Source: Pecten maximus
Taxonomy: Eukaryota
Length of the DNA: 64,000 nt
Direction: 5' to 3'
NCBI RefSeq assembly: GCF_902652985.1
Contig: NC_047024.1
Coordinates: forward strand, 35,216,001-35,280,000
Position numbers and translations under genes: made by a program. Shown piece after piece: positions 22,031 to 36,824 of the stretch (position 1 is the first letter of the stretch; each line of letters begins with the position of its first letter). The notes under the pieces were generated by a model, which saw nothing but the letters and a program-made list of their open reading frames with translations, was not told the origin of the DNA and ran no database searches.

Positions 22031-25000
22031 CCACAGCAGTACAACGCAGTTTTTTTAATCAATACTTTATTTAATTCTTACTTGAAGATGCTATGTTGTC
22101 ATTTATACAATCATTTGGTACTTAGATTTTCCCACAGATTGTAGGCATACTGATGTTGCCGACATCTCGCCAGAAAAGTTATCATATCACCCATGCATTA
22201 CCAAGCCCTTAATTCTTCTTGAGATATACCCATGATATTTTCTTTAAATAACAACAAATTGATTGCCTATATCGATATACTAACCCCCTGAGCTTGAAAA
22301 CATCAAACTTCGACACTATCATCTTTTCTGCATTAGCCGATCGACTCGATCTTTACTTTAACCTAGCTAACTGCTTCTCCAACCAGCAGCATCAATTTAC
22401 AAGCCGTTGCTATCTAATAGCCTATACTCATATCACGATACAGTACGGAGTTTCGAGAGATGTAGATTACATAATTTTGTACTCGGTAGCCTTTTTTTTT
22501 TATCATATTCAACTCTCGTAAAATGAAAACGAATGCGTTTGTTCAGTTTGAAATGACAAACGGCAGTGTTCCGAGTGGGAAAGCAAAATGTCATAATAGA
22601 AGAGACATGTTCATGAATCTTCATAGCCCAATTTCCGCTTCTGTACTACACAGAACAACAATACGACTGTAGCCGATTCTTAATATTACTAGAGAAGAAA
22701 AAGGTGCTCGTGAAGAGAGGATGACTCCCCCCGACTGGACATGAAAATGTTTGTAATATACCTGCACGACCATATAGCCTTTCACTTAGAGAAATGGTTC
22801 CCCAGTAATAAAATCTGAGCTGATAAGAATGATGATTGAGTTGGTAAAACTTATTTGACAATTGATGTATACAATAAATAAATAATGTTTATACTATATG
22901 GACGAACCAACAAGAAAACAATCAAAGTGATTTGTTGTACAAGCGATATCATTATCCTGTATTATCAAACTAATTGTCTGGCCAGTTTTCATGAGCATTC
23001 CTTGACTTTATTGTTTCCATAAGAAAGCATTATTGAATTTAAGGGGAAATCCTAGCGGAGGAAGGTTCCTTAAGTTCTGTTTAAGTTTGGAAATTTCCTT
23101 CGGTCAAAGAACCTTGATGAAACCGGGGAAAGTAGTATTTCGTCTTTTGAGAAATTGCAAGGTCACCAAGCTCCAGTTACCTTACGTGTGGCTACATTTG
23201 AACAATTTTAACCAATTACCACGCTCCATTAATTTTAGACCATTGTTGGGTCAACATGATCAAATACAAGATTTATTCTGATTGTATATAAAGAAAAACA
23301 AGTATGTTTATATCAAATATATAATTTAATTTTAACAAATGTATCCACATACAATTTAATTGCATGCATAATGAACATATTAATCATTAATTCAAAACTT
23401 TTTAACTAAGTGAAACAATTTAACTATCAACATCATGCAATAGCAATATTCAAAACTAATAAGACAATATCAGTTTCCCGGTCTTAACGATACCGGAGAT
23501 TCACCAGTGGAAATTAGCAGGACTATTGTGATTATAAACAAATAAATAATGCGTATACAGAAAGATTTTCTACAAAGATTTTCTACACAATATGCTAAAA
23601 TATATTTCATAATTCCGAAATACACTGGTATAGCAAAGAAGATTTCTATTTTACCTACGAGTTAATTTTAAATCTGGACCTACTGGTCTACTAAATTTGA
23701 TACCCAAGTCTTTCTGATGTCGGTCGATTCATTTCTGGCGTTACCAATACCTTGTGCATATTTTGTTCAATTTGTTAATGTGTCGGACTTGTAGTCCGTT
23801 TCTGATGGGTTCAAAGAAATTTATATGCTGGTAGTATCCCTTCATTTTCCAATATTCATCCAATTAATTCTAGTATAAAATTAAATGACTGTGGTAAGTT
23901 AACCACTGTCGCTGGAAGGCTGTTCTATATATAGATGTTAAATGCATATAAATGTCTGGTGTGGGAAGATTTATATCAACTGTTTTTCCATTGCTAAATT
24001 CATGAAACTCGGAAGACCTATCAAACTGTTGATCTTTTCAATACTAACTATTGCTGTACATGGAATATCTCCAGATATTTTGTGAAATTAAAATCCCCCC
24101 AATACAAAAATGCTAGAGTTTTACCTAAAAATTTGGTTATCTACACAGAAATTGAAAAATTGACAAAATATTAGGAGGGAATGAGAGAACATGATGAAGA
24201 CTAAATGCACTATTTGTGTATTATCTTGTCTAGCTACATTACAATATACCTCCTAATATCTGTCTTTAATATCAATATATCAAGACTTTGTTCAAAGTAA
24301 ATGATATGGGTTGGTAATAAACAAATATGTTTATGAATCAAACTCACATAGAAAAGAGGAGTACTTGACTCGAAAAAGACAAGGTGAGCGTTTTCTTATT
24401 ATTTACCTGCTGCAATGAAGAATCAATTTTCTTTGGTCTGGGCACAAAAATTGTGATCGATATTCATTTTACCGCAGTTTCTAGCTGCTACAGTGCATTC
24501 TATATGTTCAAAACTCTAGAAAATATTCGAAAGCAAATAGTGTTAAGGCCACGTTTAAGATGATATATTACATCAAATAATATACTCAAATTTGTTCGGT
24601 ATGTATTTGACAAGGCTGTGCTGTTTTGTTCGGTATGTATTTGACAAGGCTGTGCTGTTTAATATTAAGTAAAACAATTTAACCAATCATTTACTGATGG
24701 AAGAATTAACATGCATGGTGACCAGTCAGGTAGGTATATTTGAGCATGTCCGTGTCTCAATCTGATTAAAATCAGCTGTAACATGGCTACGTTTACTACG
24801 TACTAACCTGAACCATGTAACAGCTGATTTTAATCAGATTGCCTGTCTCTGAATCTAAATGTAGATCAGACAGATGTATCCGAAAATGTCTACATATACA
24901 TTCATGTATATATATATCAATTGTTGGAGAACCTAACTTCACTTTTATTAAATAGACACAGCATAAGGTGAAATTTGAGAACATTTTAAATAAGTAAACA

Positions 25001-25844
25001 AAAGGCATAGAGAATCTACATTTTGTACATCAATCATTCCCAATGATGTTTGGCAAATATATATTTCAAACATGGCTACCAAATTCAGCCCTTGCCCTAG
25101 ACTAGAACCATCTTACAGGATTGAATCACCTGCTTCCGCCTATATTGAATCACCAATCCCTTCCAGCTACAGTTAAAGACATAACCTGATGCAAGTTAAA
25201 TATAAATAGCATTACTGTATGTTCTTTGGTTTATCAGAAGTCATCAGAACAGATTAGTAACTTGATCTCCATAACCTTGAATTTAGATCGAGTTCAATAG
25301 TTCAAACAAAACTGACAATCTTCAACTGTATTGTCCTACAGTCCTCATACTGATGCTATCACCCTTGTATCCCCATGGTAATTGTTATAGAATTTTGAAC
25401 ACATTTAACATAAGTGACCTTATATATAAGTGAAGGTCTTATGGTTCTTGATAAGCAATCATTTCAAAGAAAGTACTAATGATGGACGGACAGACGACCA
25501 ATGATTTGCCACTGCTTTCTTGATGTTACATCCAGGCACTTCTTGTCACGTCAGCAAAAACTATCATCTTAATGGAAACTGCACTCCAGTTTTTATGTCA
25601 CATTTGAAATAGGATATGGGCAGGTGAATAGTTTACTTTGTACATTAACATAATCACAAAGTGATAAACTTTAAGCAGTGTTGTTTCATCACCTTGATAG
25701 CTACAAGATCTTTATATGCTCATAGAAATTGAAAACCTATTCTTCCAATATTTTAATTCTGCCATGCCAAATATAGCATACAACTGGATTAACACTCAAA
25801 TGATAACTAGAGTAGTGTTTCAAGATCACAATGGTAACTTTAAC

Positions 25845-26365
25845 ATGACACCTTCATCAGTATGGTAACTATGATATTTTCTTACATCACCATGGCAGTT
25901 ATAATTTTATTTTTTCATCACCATGACAACTACATGGTAAATATAAAATTATATTTTATATCCTCCATGGTAACATTAACATGAACCTTATATCATGGTG
26001 GTAAATATACGGTATATAACATTATCCTTGAATCACCATGGTAACAATTACATTTTCATTACTTCACCATGGTAACTATAACATGATCCTTACATCACCA
26101 TAGCGACTATGATTTTATCATCATATCACCATGGTAACTATAACATGATCCTTACATCACCATAGCGACTATGATTTTATCATCATATCACCATGGTAAC
26201 TATAACATGATCCTTACATCACCATAGTGACTATGATTTTATCATCATATCACAATGGTAACTATAACATGATCCTTACATCACCATAGTGACTATGATT
26301 TTATCATCATATCACCATGGTAACTATAACATGATCCTTACATCACCCTGGTAACTCTTAACATG
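25845..26365. repeat. About 31-bp (62-bp dimer) tandem repeat downstream of the ZNF143/76 stop codon
   Basis: catcaccatggtaactataacatgatcctta alternating with catcaccatagcgactatgattttatcatcat. Confidence 0.85.
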
Positions 26366-26512
26366 TTCATAATAATAACATGATCACCACATATGGGTAA
26401 TTGCTAAACCTTAAGCACAGATCACAGGACAGTTCAATGTGTTACTCTTAAATCACGACATAATGCTATCACTGCATCATATCACTTTGTCACAATCAAA
26501 TCATCGCTGTTT

Positions 26513-29500
26513 TCATTGGAAGGACATAGTAACATGTTGGACATCAGTCACATTGATGCATTCCGCAGCAGACTGGACCACCTCTTGACCTAGAATAGCA
26601 CCTCCATCTAGTGTGTCATGGCCCTCTAACTGCTGTTGTGCCAGTTGCTGTAGAAACAAGATCATACAAATGGTCAAATCCAAGTGATTAATTTAATCAA
26701 TCCGATTGAACAAAGGAGAAAATATAAAAAGAGGCCCAGAGGGCCTGTATCGCTCATCTGGTTTCCACGAGATATGAAACAAGAATGATGCTTAAGTATA
26801 TTTGTCACTGGTATTGCTATGTCAATATATCATAGGCATTTTATATGGGTACGTGAGGTTTTAATGCCAAAAAATGTATTAATCCATGAAATGAAATTGA
26901 CTTTTGGCACAACCCCATAGAGATGCTACCACACAAATGTGAGTGATATCCATTGCTTGGTTTCAGAAAAGAAATTGTTTAAACCAACTGACTCCTTTTG
27001 ACCCTGCCCTCTGCCCTAGGGGGGTTAGTTCCTTGCTTTATAAAATTTTGAATCCCTTCCCAAAAGGATGCTACCAGTCAAATATGAGCTATATCAATTG
27101 CTAAGTTTCAGAGAAGAAGTTGTTCATATCAATTTAGCCAAATTGACCCTTTTGGCCCCACCCCTCAGCCCCCAGGGGGGCCAACCCCAACATTTGTACA
27201 ATTTTGAATCCCCACCCCATGACCATGCTACCATACAAATATGAGCGATATCCATTGCTAAGTTTCAGAGAAGTTGTTTATATCAATTAAGCAAAATTGA
27301 CCCCTTTTGGCCCCGCCCCTCAGTCCCCAGGGAGCTCGGCCCCATCATTTGTACAATTTTGAATCCCGACTCCAAAGGGATGCTTACAGTCAAATATGAA
27401 CAATATCTATACCTTGGTTTCAGAGGAGAAGTTGTTTATATCAATATAGCCCAATTGACCATATTTGGCCCCGCCCTAAGGCCCCTAGGGGGTCAGCCCC
27501 ATCATTTGTACAATTTTGAATCCCCACCCCATAGTGATACTACCAGGCAAATATGAGCGATATCCATTGCTCGGTTTCAGAGAAGAAGATGTTTATACCA
27601 ATATAGCCAAATTAACCGCTTTTAGCCCCGCCCCGCCCCAGAGGCCCCCAGGGGGTCAGCCCCATCATTTGTACAATTTGGAGTCCCCTACTCATAGGGA
27701 TGCTTCCGACCAAATTTGTTCAAATTCTGATCAGCGGTTATAAAGAAGAAGTCAAATAAGTCAAGTATTGACGGACGGACGGACGACAGACGCCACGGTA
27801 TGGCATAAGCTCACTTCGGACCAGGTGAGCTAATGAATGGAATTATCATTTGATCATAGCATACTTGATATCATAGTGGTGGGAATGTAAACTAGAGGAT
27901 GGTTAAAAGAAAATATTTTTTAGAATTACAATATTTCTTGGTTCTATGATACAAATTTCAATTTTGACAGTGTACATGTATATATAAAATATATTTTCAG
28001 CTTAAGTTGTGGCCTACCTGGAGAGCTTCTAGCTGAGCTGGATCAGTTATAACATAAACCTGCTGGCCCTGGTCTCCCACAGTGATAGTTGCCACACCCT
28101 GCTGTTGCTGCTGCTGTTGCTGTAGTTGGCCTAGAAGCTGAGCTGCTGTTGTCTGGGTCTGCTGTATGGAAACAACGGCCTGTTCCTCTGTACCTAAGAC
28201 AGTGGCACCACCCATCAGTGAACTCTGCTGTTAAACAACCCAAAAAATTATTGCGTTATCATTCACATTGACAAAAAATACACTTCTTTTGATAAAAACA
28301 TGTATCACACAAAAAAAAAATTAAAAAAAAAAGAATCTTCTGTTGATATGAAAATATGATGTGACCAGAGAGTAGAACAATTATTGAGAGTTTCAATTTT
28401 CGTTTTGTCTAATTTTGTTTAGTAAATTTCAACACCATCAAACAACCATCCAGTGAACTGAAATCACTATCAATTATTTCCTAGCAAAAGCAAAATTAGA
28501 CCAAAGAGTGCGATTAACTGAAATTTCATCTCTAGTGAGCTAAAAATCTATCAGACACCAGGAGTTTCTAGTGCGAAGATACATGTATCTTAATACATAT
28601 TTCAGTTCCAAATCTCAGGAATCCAGGCTTCTTTTAACTTTTCCCACTAGAAAACAGCTCTAACTCTATAGGTGGCTCAGATGACTGAGTGTGTTTACTC
28701 ACAGCTTGTTGGGCCTCTGATGTTGTTATCGCCATGGTTGCATCCTCCTGAGATACTGTGCCATCTGGTGTTGATAAGGCATACTGAAACTTTGCCCGTT
28801 TTTCTGGCGGTTCATCTTCATCATCTGTGAAACATTCATGTACAAAATTCTATGGTAAAATTGATGATCTTTTAAGTAAGAACTTTTTAAATGTCACTTT
28901 ATATGTTTTTTAGTAATTCTCTGCAATCCCAAATTATTGCATGTATTCCATCAAAATATGAAAATATGTTCAATTGTAGCAAGTAGACATTTGGGTTGGC
29001 ATTTAGAACAGCACTGGAAATACTTCTATTATTTAGGAATAAACATAACTGTTTTCAAACAAGCCATAGTAATTGACATTTTTTTCATAAGATTTTTAAC
29101 AAATCTACAAAATGCTTGAATAACTGATGGCTAATAAAATATAAGAGGTCCTCATTGTAGAGCACAACTAGAATGGTGGACATACTAGACTGGTTCCCTC
29201 CCTTAGCTCTCTACTCTCCACCATGGCTACACTCAGTCCACAAGGAACTGGTGGTGGGTAACCATGTTCTTTTTTTTATTGGTTAATTTTTATATCCAGT
29301 GATGTATGTATTGCTAATTTTAGACATGAAGAACCCCAATATACACAAAGCGATGGATTTCAACGTCAAGAGTAAATACATCTTTTGGTCCATAAACAAA
29401 TGAAGAGGATCTTAAGTTTCGCTTTTTCAAATGACTTCACGCAAGCAGTGTCCAATGTGCTTATGGCAATGACACTATTAATAACATCTCCATGATGACA

Positions 29501-32500
29501 TCGCATGCACAATAAAGATGCACAAATGCTGGAGTAGGAATTCTCACTCAAGATGGTTACTCACTACCGGTCCTCTGTGTAGCATATGCAAGGGAGGTAA
29601 CTCAAGGTACCAGTCTAAGCACAGACTGAATTTATTACCCAACATCAGTGAAGAGGATGAATGATAACTCATGATGACTATGTGAATATTGGCCAATCCT
29701 ATTACAATCAAATCTTACTTTTAGAACTGTAGTTAAACTCGTCAGCAATCCACTGAATCTAAACTTTTGATTTTTTTTTTCTATTCCTACCTGCTGGGTT
29801 TCGGTGTTGAACCAGTAATTGAGCCTCATTTTCAGGTGAGATGTCCTCTCCATGAGCAGTGCGTTTATGCATGGCCAGAGTAGATGTCTGTCTGTATGTT
29901 TTTCCACAATGGTTGCACACGTAAGGCTTGGAGTGGGTGTGTACCACATGATGTTTGTACAGACTGGAGTACTCAGTAAATCTCTTTCCACAGCCATGTA
30001 CAGTACATACATATGGCTTCTCTCCTATGGAATAAATAATATTGATTATAAAACAATGAATTTTTTTTTTTTGGGGGGGGGGGGGGGGTTGTTTCATTTA
30101 GGTATGTCGAGAGTCCACAAAATGCACACAAACAGCATAAAAGATAACTGTCCTGGTAAACATTTATATCCATCATTTACATTTACAGGTCAGAATGTAA
30201 AATATTATCACCAACAGAACAACTTAATGTGTTCCTCAGTACCTGTATGTATGCGGATATGGTTTTTGTAATTGGTGGCACTAGCAAAAGCTCGTCCGCA
30301 GCCCTCCTCTTGACACACATAAGGTCGCTCTCCTGTGTGGGTACGGATATGTACCTTTCGTATATTGGATGTTGTGAATGACCGATTACAGCCCTCAAAT
30401 GGACATTTAAATGGGCGTTCCCCTATTAAACAAAAGAAGCAAATTGTTGTGAAATGATTCCAATGAGATTGATACTACTTTTGAATATGTGTGTACACGG
30501 GCAAAATGTCTTGAGGTAAATTTGACCTGAAAAAATATTGACCTGAAATTGGCCTGACTTTGACCTGAATTTAGGGCAAAGTCAGGTCAATTTTTTTTCA
30601 GGTCAATTTCTTGACATGAATTGACTGTTCTGCTCTTTTAAGGTCAATTTGACCTGAAAATAAAGAAAATATTGACCTGAATTTGACCTGAAGACATTTT
30701 GCCTGTGTAGCCCTTACTCCATGCATGCTCCTGCCAGACATCATGACTCTGAGCCTTCGGCAGGACATTGGATGTGTCACAGCAAGTAACATCTGACATA
30801 ACAATATGTGCAATGTACCTGTTACTAATTCAACTTCTATGCATGTTACTGATCAAATACATGAAATACAACACTTGGCTTCTTGTTTATTTAAATTCAG
30901 AAGTACAATGTACTAGTTATTTAAAGCTTCTATCACACATGGTGATGGGGTCAAGGTAATTCCTTTGAGCAAACTTGATAGTCCTTCATTCTAACATTCT
31001 ACTTGCCCAATACCATGACTACAAACATTTTGGTTATTGAGAAGAAGAAATTTGAATAAAACAATTGATGCCAGACAGATGATGGACATTGCAAAGCATG
31101 AAGTCATTTTTCTCTTCACACAGCTGAACCAAAACCTTGAAAGTATGAAGTTCATTACAAAGTATTACAAATGGAGAATCATAAGAAATTATGTTAGAAA
31201 AATCTGTTCATCATATCAATATAGTAAATTAAGTAGTACAGTTTTGAACATATTCGTTATTGATGAGGTAAGCCCTGAAATATCTCAAAAATGGATTCTC
31301 ACCTGTGTGTGTTCTCACATGCTTTTGCAGGTCCCCTGACGTTTTGAATGCTTTATCACAGTTTTCTTCGGGACATTTGTAAGGCTTTTCTCCGGTGTGA
31401 ACTCGTGTGTGACTCTTTAGGCCATAGCCTGTGGCAAAGGCTTTCGTACAGGCAGGAAACTCACATTTAAATGGCCTGTCTCCTGTATGAGATCTCTCAT
31501 GGACCTGAACCAATTACAAAAAAGGACAGCTATTTCACTAACTTTGTATAAATGTTAATTATATTCATATAAGTCTCATGAACAACATTTACTATACATA
31601 TATTTCTTATCACTCAGTATATCAAACTTAAATCAAACCGAAGTCTTTTCTCTGAGGGGTTTCAATGCCCATCAATATGTGCCAAATATGTGACTTGGAA
31701 ATATGCCACCAAAAATGCTGCAGACAAAACTGTTTTCAATTTCGACAGATTGAACAGCTTCATCATGATGATAGGTTGAACCCTTCAGAAGAACTATTTA
31801 CACATTTAACCCTGGTGACTTTGAAACTGGGTCAAGATAAACCAAGACTGAACAAAGTTAAAAGTCCTCTATCACCGCAATTTACATTGACCATTGTATA
31901 GCCTCACAAGCACCTCATTTTGCTTCAATATATATCACGTATATATTTCTAAACATTCTTGACATAACTACTTGTTTGGACTGTACCTTGAGATGATGAT
32001 GGGTGGTATAGAGACGACCACATCCTTCAAAGCTACACTTGTATGCTTTCTCACCAATATTGATTGGTTTGCCATCTCCAGTTAGACCTGCGGCAATCAC
32101 AGTCTGAATAAAAGAAATTATTTAGGAAATAAGATCATGATTAATTCAAACTTCTTTCATTAAAGATTTTATTTTCATATTTTTAACAATTTTCTTGAAG
32201 GTATAAAAAATATGTAATTATTTATCACAGCATTGCAAAAAACAATACGAAACATAGCTGAGGTTAGTTGAATTTTGAGAAAAAGATAAAAATGCCAATA
32301 GTTTATGAACAGCGTATGCATGATGACGACAAGTCATGTTGACTCTCCGAGTTAGTCAAGATGACTACCTAAAAAGGATACATCTATAAACTGTTAATAC
32401 CGAATCATCAGAGGTGACTAATGTGGGGAATTCATGTTCAACGGAGTGACAAAAATAAATCTGTTGTATCCATTGCAATCTTAAATATCTTTATTTCCTC

Positions 32501-35500
32501 TCTATACACTAACCACAGGGGCATGAATAGTCACTATTAAAAAATAGCCAGAAATACCTATATATAAAGGCATAGGTATTTCTGGCTATTTTTCTGTATA
32601 AGACTAGACATGCCCCTGTGCTCTAACCTTCTCAATGCCTTACTATGCAGTAACAAACCAGATTCCTTAAATTAGTATTTGCTGCCCTACTTGTATGGCT
32701 TTACTAGTATAATGTGACTGAGTGGTAGGTCATGTTACCATGATCCATTTCAGAATGATCGCACTATAAATTACCGGCCCTAGCATTCCTTGATATTATC
32801 TTCATAAAACCTCTAACAGATTAACTATACATATCACATGATTCACTATGGTACAAAATACTTATCTCCAATGTTGCTTTTTACACCAATAATGTATGCA
32901 TTAAACATGTTGCAATGTTTCAAGACCGACTGTTTTCTTTGTCAAGCTATGAGTGAGTGATTTCTAGTGCTTACCTGTACAACAATGTGACAAAAATGCC
33001 AGTCAATAGAGTGCATATACACGCTTCGTCAGATACGCTACAGCCAGACTACTTACTATGATACACATTTCGTATGACTTACTATCAAATAATGATACAC
33101 ATCAATATCACATGACTAACTACGATACACAACACATGACTTATTATTATAAATGATGATACAACATATACAATGAATCACATGACTTACCATCATATGG
33201 ATCACATGATTTGCTATGATACACATCACGGTTTCACCGGACTTTCTATGACACAAATCAAATCTAAGATAAAGATCACTATGATACATGTACAGTAGAT
33301 CACATTATTTACCAAGCTGTACATATCACATGACTTACCAAGATACAGGTCAAATGACTTACTATGATACCAATCACATGACATCACTAAGATACACATC
33401 CCATGACTTACTATGATATACATCACATGACTTAGGATACACATCACATAACTTACTATGATATACAGTACATCACATGACTTAAGATACACATCACATG
33501 ACTTACTTTGATATACATCACATGACTTAAGAAACACATCACATGACTCACTATGATATAAATCACATGACTTACTATGCTGTTGACCACTCCTCCAACT
33601 CCATTAGCCACACTGACAGTTTTTGCTTCAGATGCATGTACCATATCTGTACATGTCTTCAGCTGTTCTGCTGATACCTACAAAAACACACATCATCCAG
33701 TATCATAAATATTGTTTTGTACACTATTTAAAACATCTGTGTGCATAATATTGTAGTGTAGTCGAAAAGACCTGTCAATAATAGCAATTTCATATACTGT
33801 ACTTTCACATTCCGGTATATCTGTCATGTACTTCACTAATAATTTGTCGGATGAAGGCAACAGAATGTAGTCACCAAAACATGCATACAATTCAATTCTG
33901 GTTGTATATGGTTATATATACATTTTTTTTAATATCTATTCACATACACATCATGACCATCGGAGATTTCTTTAACTGACAATATCTTTTAAGTTTGATG
34001 CATTAAATTATATCAACATGTGCCCTAACAGTCTACATTCCCATAAGTATTGCTGAAAAAGATTATTCCACCAGTCTCTAACAAGCATACTGGGTATTGT
34101 TAAAGCAAAACATGTCCCCTATACAACTGGCCCCCAATAAATTAGTAACTGTGACCTTGATCTTGACCCAGAAACCCTGAAACTCAACCTTGTCTAAGAT
34201 ATTATATATAGAATCCTTTATTATTGTGTGAAGTTTGATCAAAATCCTTCAAGGCTAAAGCACTGACAAACATTGGCCTTACTTCCATAGGTACAAGACA
34301 GAGAGGAAACTTATCTTCAGTTACCCAGGGTAGGAGTCTGATATATGTACAAGACGGATGGAGAGAATTCCTATAGTCATCCATGGTTCATTGGTAGGGG
34401 ACTAATAATGTCCCCATCATATCATACCTGAGTAGTAAGCTGCTCCAGAGTAAGAGGGGCAGAGTCAAGGTTAGCAGCGTCCCCAAACAGAGCCTCGGGT
34501 GTTGGGTGGGAGATGTAGGCTGTAGTACCATCCTCCAATTGTATGGCTTGTAATCCCTCTACAATGTAACGCAAAGTTTATAACATCTTCTTCCTAGTGT
34601 TTTCAATACTTTAAAGGTTTCGTTTATTTTTAAAATGTTTTAAAAAGATATTTGAGCTTTATGCATAGGTTTAGTTTTGTTGAGGACACATAACACATTT
34701 ATACTACATTGGTTTACATTTGCATAGTAAGTATCTCAAAATTGAACTTGTCATGAAGGCTTGACTAAGGTCAATGCCTCACCTTTTGGGGTTGTATGTA
34801 AATAAGCTGTCGTCCCATCCTCTAACTGGACAGGCTGGCCATCAGTCATATGAGCGTGGCTTTCAGCCAGTGTCTGACCATCCACAATGTGTGTACCATC
34901 TACAAGGGTCATCTGCTGGGCCTGAAGCTGCTGTATATCCTTCAGGTCAACCTCATCTGCCATACTGTCTGGCCCGGATTCAATCTGGCTGGGTAAGTTT
35001 GACACTGCAATAAGATAAATTTCAATTGAAAGCATTGGTACCAATCCTTGACAGATAGAATTAACACTGTATACAGATTTTATTTTGATGTTGGCTACCA
35101 CATTGGTATCGTCCTTTAACATATGTTTTTAAATCTAGATACTGTACACGTGGAAATTTATGTGAGGGGGAAATTTACACTTATTACACAGAGTCATTTT
35201 GATTGCAAAAATTTTCCCCACGCATATTATTTTAATATCAATTTGCATAATCTCGAACTACAAACGAAGGTGGATTGATTGGGAAAATTACTCCAACGCG
35301 TATAGTTTACATATCGAAATCGCGAAATTAACCACGTTTACAGTAGTATATCTACCTTGACTCAGCCCCTGTACCACAGCTGTACTTCCATCCTCAAGTG
35401 TTATAGTCTGACCCTCTAGAAACTTTCTCCCTGTCAATAAAACCAGATACGTCTTTATTTTCCTGATATACTTACGAAGTTTGATAGTCTGTATGAAATC

Positions 35501-36824
35501 TTTACTTTACTCATCAGGTCACAATTCACATTTTGGCTATATTTACTGACATACATATTTTGTTTTGGATTGACAACTTTTAAATAGATTGAGAATTAAC
35601 CATTCATTTTTGCATTGAGTTGATATGCCACATACAGCACAATGGAGTTAATGATATTGATCTATTGATCTAAGAAGAGAAATATCATTCAATAAACAAG
35701 AGACCCATGGGTATTATCATTCACCCAACATACCTACACTGAGTAGATATTCTTTGTTGTTATAACATCTCTAGGAGCAAATATAGCAACTGTGAATTTG
35801 TGAATAGCATGACAAATACAAGTATTAATCTACCTTTGGAAAAAAATAATTTAATACCTATTACACTGCATACAGGCTCAATATTGAATAGTATTTGAAG
35901 TTTTTGCAATGAAAGTTTATCGCAATAGGTCACTCGAGACTTCACATAGCTTACATTGTATCTTATAAAATTCCAAAGTTTTCTGATGAATATACAATAA
36001 TCATATTTCACTCTGGTGTCCGACTTTTTTTATCATTCTTTTCAGAAAACAACATATATCAGAGTATATGAATGTACATGAGTATAGGGGTTACCTTTAG
36101 GATGCTGAATAAAGGCTGTGGTCCCATCAGCCAATGTAACAGCCTGAACTGTCTGGGCAGTAGTATCAGCAGGGATCAAACCCTGGTCAGGTATTGATAC
36201 CGTCACGCCCAACTGTTGGGTGTCAATGTCGTGTACTAGGTCCTCCTCAATCTAGCCAAAAAATTAAACATTATGAAGCTACAGACATCAAGATCTCCAA
36301 TGGTATAAACTTCTCAAACAAAACAGCTACTATTTCTATTTGTAAACTTATGGACAAAGCTGGTTTCAGTATGATCAATTAAGTGCATCTTTGGAGACAT
36401 TTGACAAACAGGACTAATGCATCATTTGCATAATACTATAGTCAATACTTTGATATCTTAAGTCTGTACAAGTACATATTTTCTCTATTTTGTTATTTCA
36501 ATTTTTTTTCAATTTTCATTCTAATAATCTTGTAATTGATGGCCTAAGTCTTACCCCATGACTTTGAAGCAGAAGTCCAATTACCTCCCCTTCGTGCATG
36601 TCGTTATGAATGCCCACATTAGGGTCAACTACAATGGAATCACCAATCCCTGAATTGTCTACATTGGGTTCAACCTTAATTTCCTGATTAACTTCACACA
36701 GTTGGTGGTCATCTGATTCGTCTTCCAGAATGTTAGGTTCTGGATGGTCTGGGGGGTCGTCCTCGGTGATCTGGCCAGGGACATCCCCAACATGGCCAAT
36801 CCCCTCTATAACAATACTATCCAT
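26513..36824 (-). CDS. ZNF143: Zinc finger protein 143/76 (Staf) orthologue, about 708 aa, 13 coding exons
   Basis: Exons 36824-36585 (alternative donor 36555), 36251-36095, 35430-35356, 35004-34783, 34558-34428, 33677-33576, 32103-31987, 31504-31303, 30422-30243, 30024-29791, 28824-28703, 28227-28018, 26647-26513; GT-AG, phases consistent. N-terminal (V/I)QLEDGTTAY repeats and 7 C2H2 fingers ([69 protein letters not shown]) are diagnostic of ZNF143/ZNF76. Confidence 0.95.
26728..27834 (+). mobile_element. Helentron-like HINE with about 160-bp internal tandem repeats, in the last ZNF143 intron
   Basis: Starts aagaggcccagagggcctgtatcgctcatctgg; about five units containing tttgtacaattttgaatcccc...aaatatgagcgatatccattgct; (ggac)n tract; terminal hairpin gctcac...gtgagc then taa. 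Confidence 0.8.
30496..30707. mobile_element. MITE with CAC...GTG ends and TA flanks (CMC/EnSpm-like)
   Basis: TIR cacgggcaaaatgtctt / aagacattttgcctgtg, TA on both sides, many internal ttgacctga subterminal motifs in both orientations. Confidence 0.75.
32514..32620. mobile_element. Small P-superfamily-like MITE
   Basis: TIR cacaggggcatg / catgcccctgtg, internal hairpin, 7-bp flanks cactaac / ctctaac (1 mismatch). Confidence 0.6.
33045..33578. repeat. Degenerate 20-24 bp tandem repeat containing the donor of the ZNF143 exon ending at 33576
   Basis: Unit catcacatgacttactatgata; on the - strand cata|gtaagtcatgtgatg. Confidence 0.85.
35142..35343. mobile_element. Tc1/mariner-like MITE
   Basis: TA-ctgtacacgtgg ... 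ccacgtttacag-TA. Confidence 0.65.

Noticed and set aside
29186-29617. Academ-like MITE (TAGACTGGT...ACCAGTCTA)
   Set aside because: Only about 12 bp of imperfect TIR and no matching TSD.
30059-30088. Poly-T/poly-G tract giving [12 protein letters not shown] at the start of an ORF
   Set aside because: Intronic homopolymer; the true exon starts at 30024.
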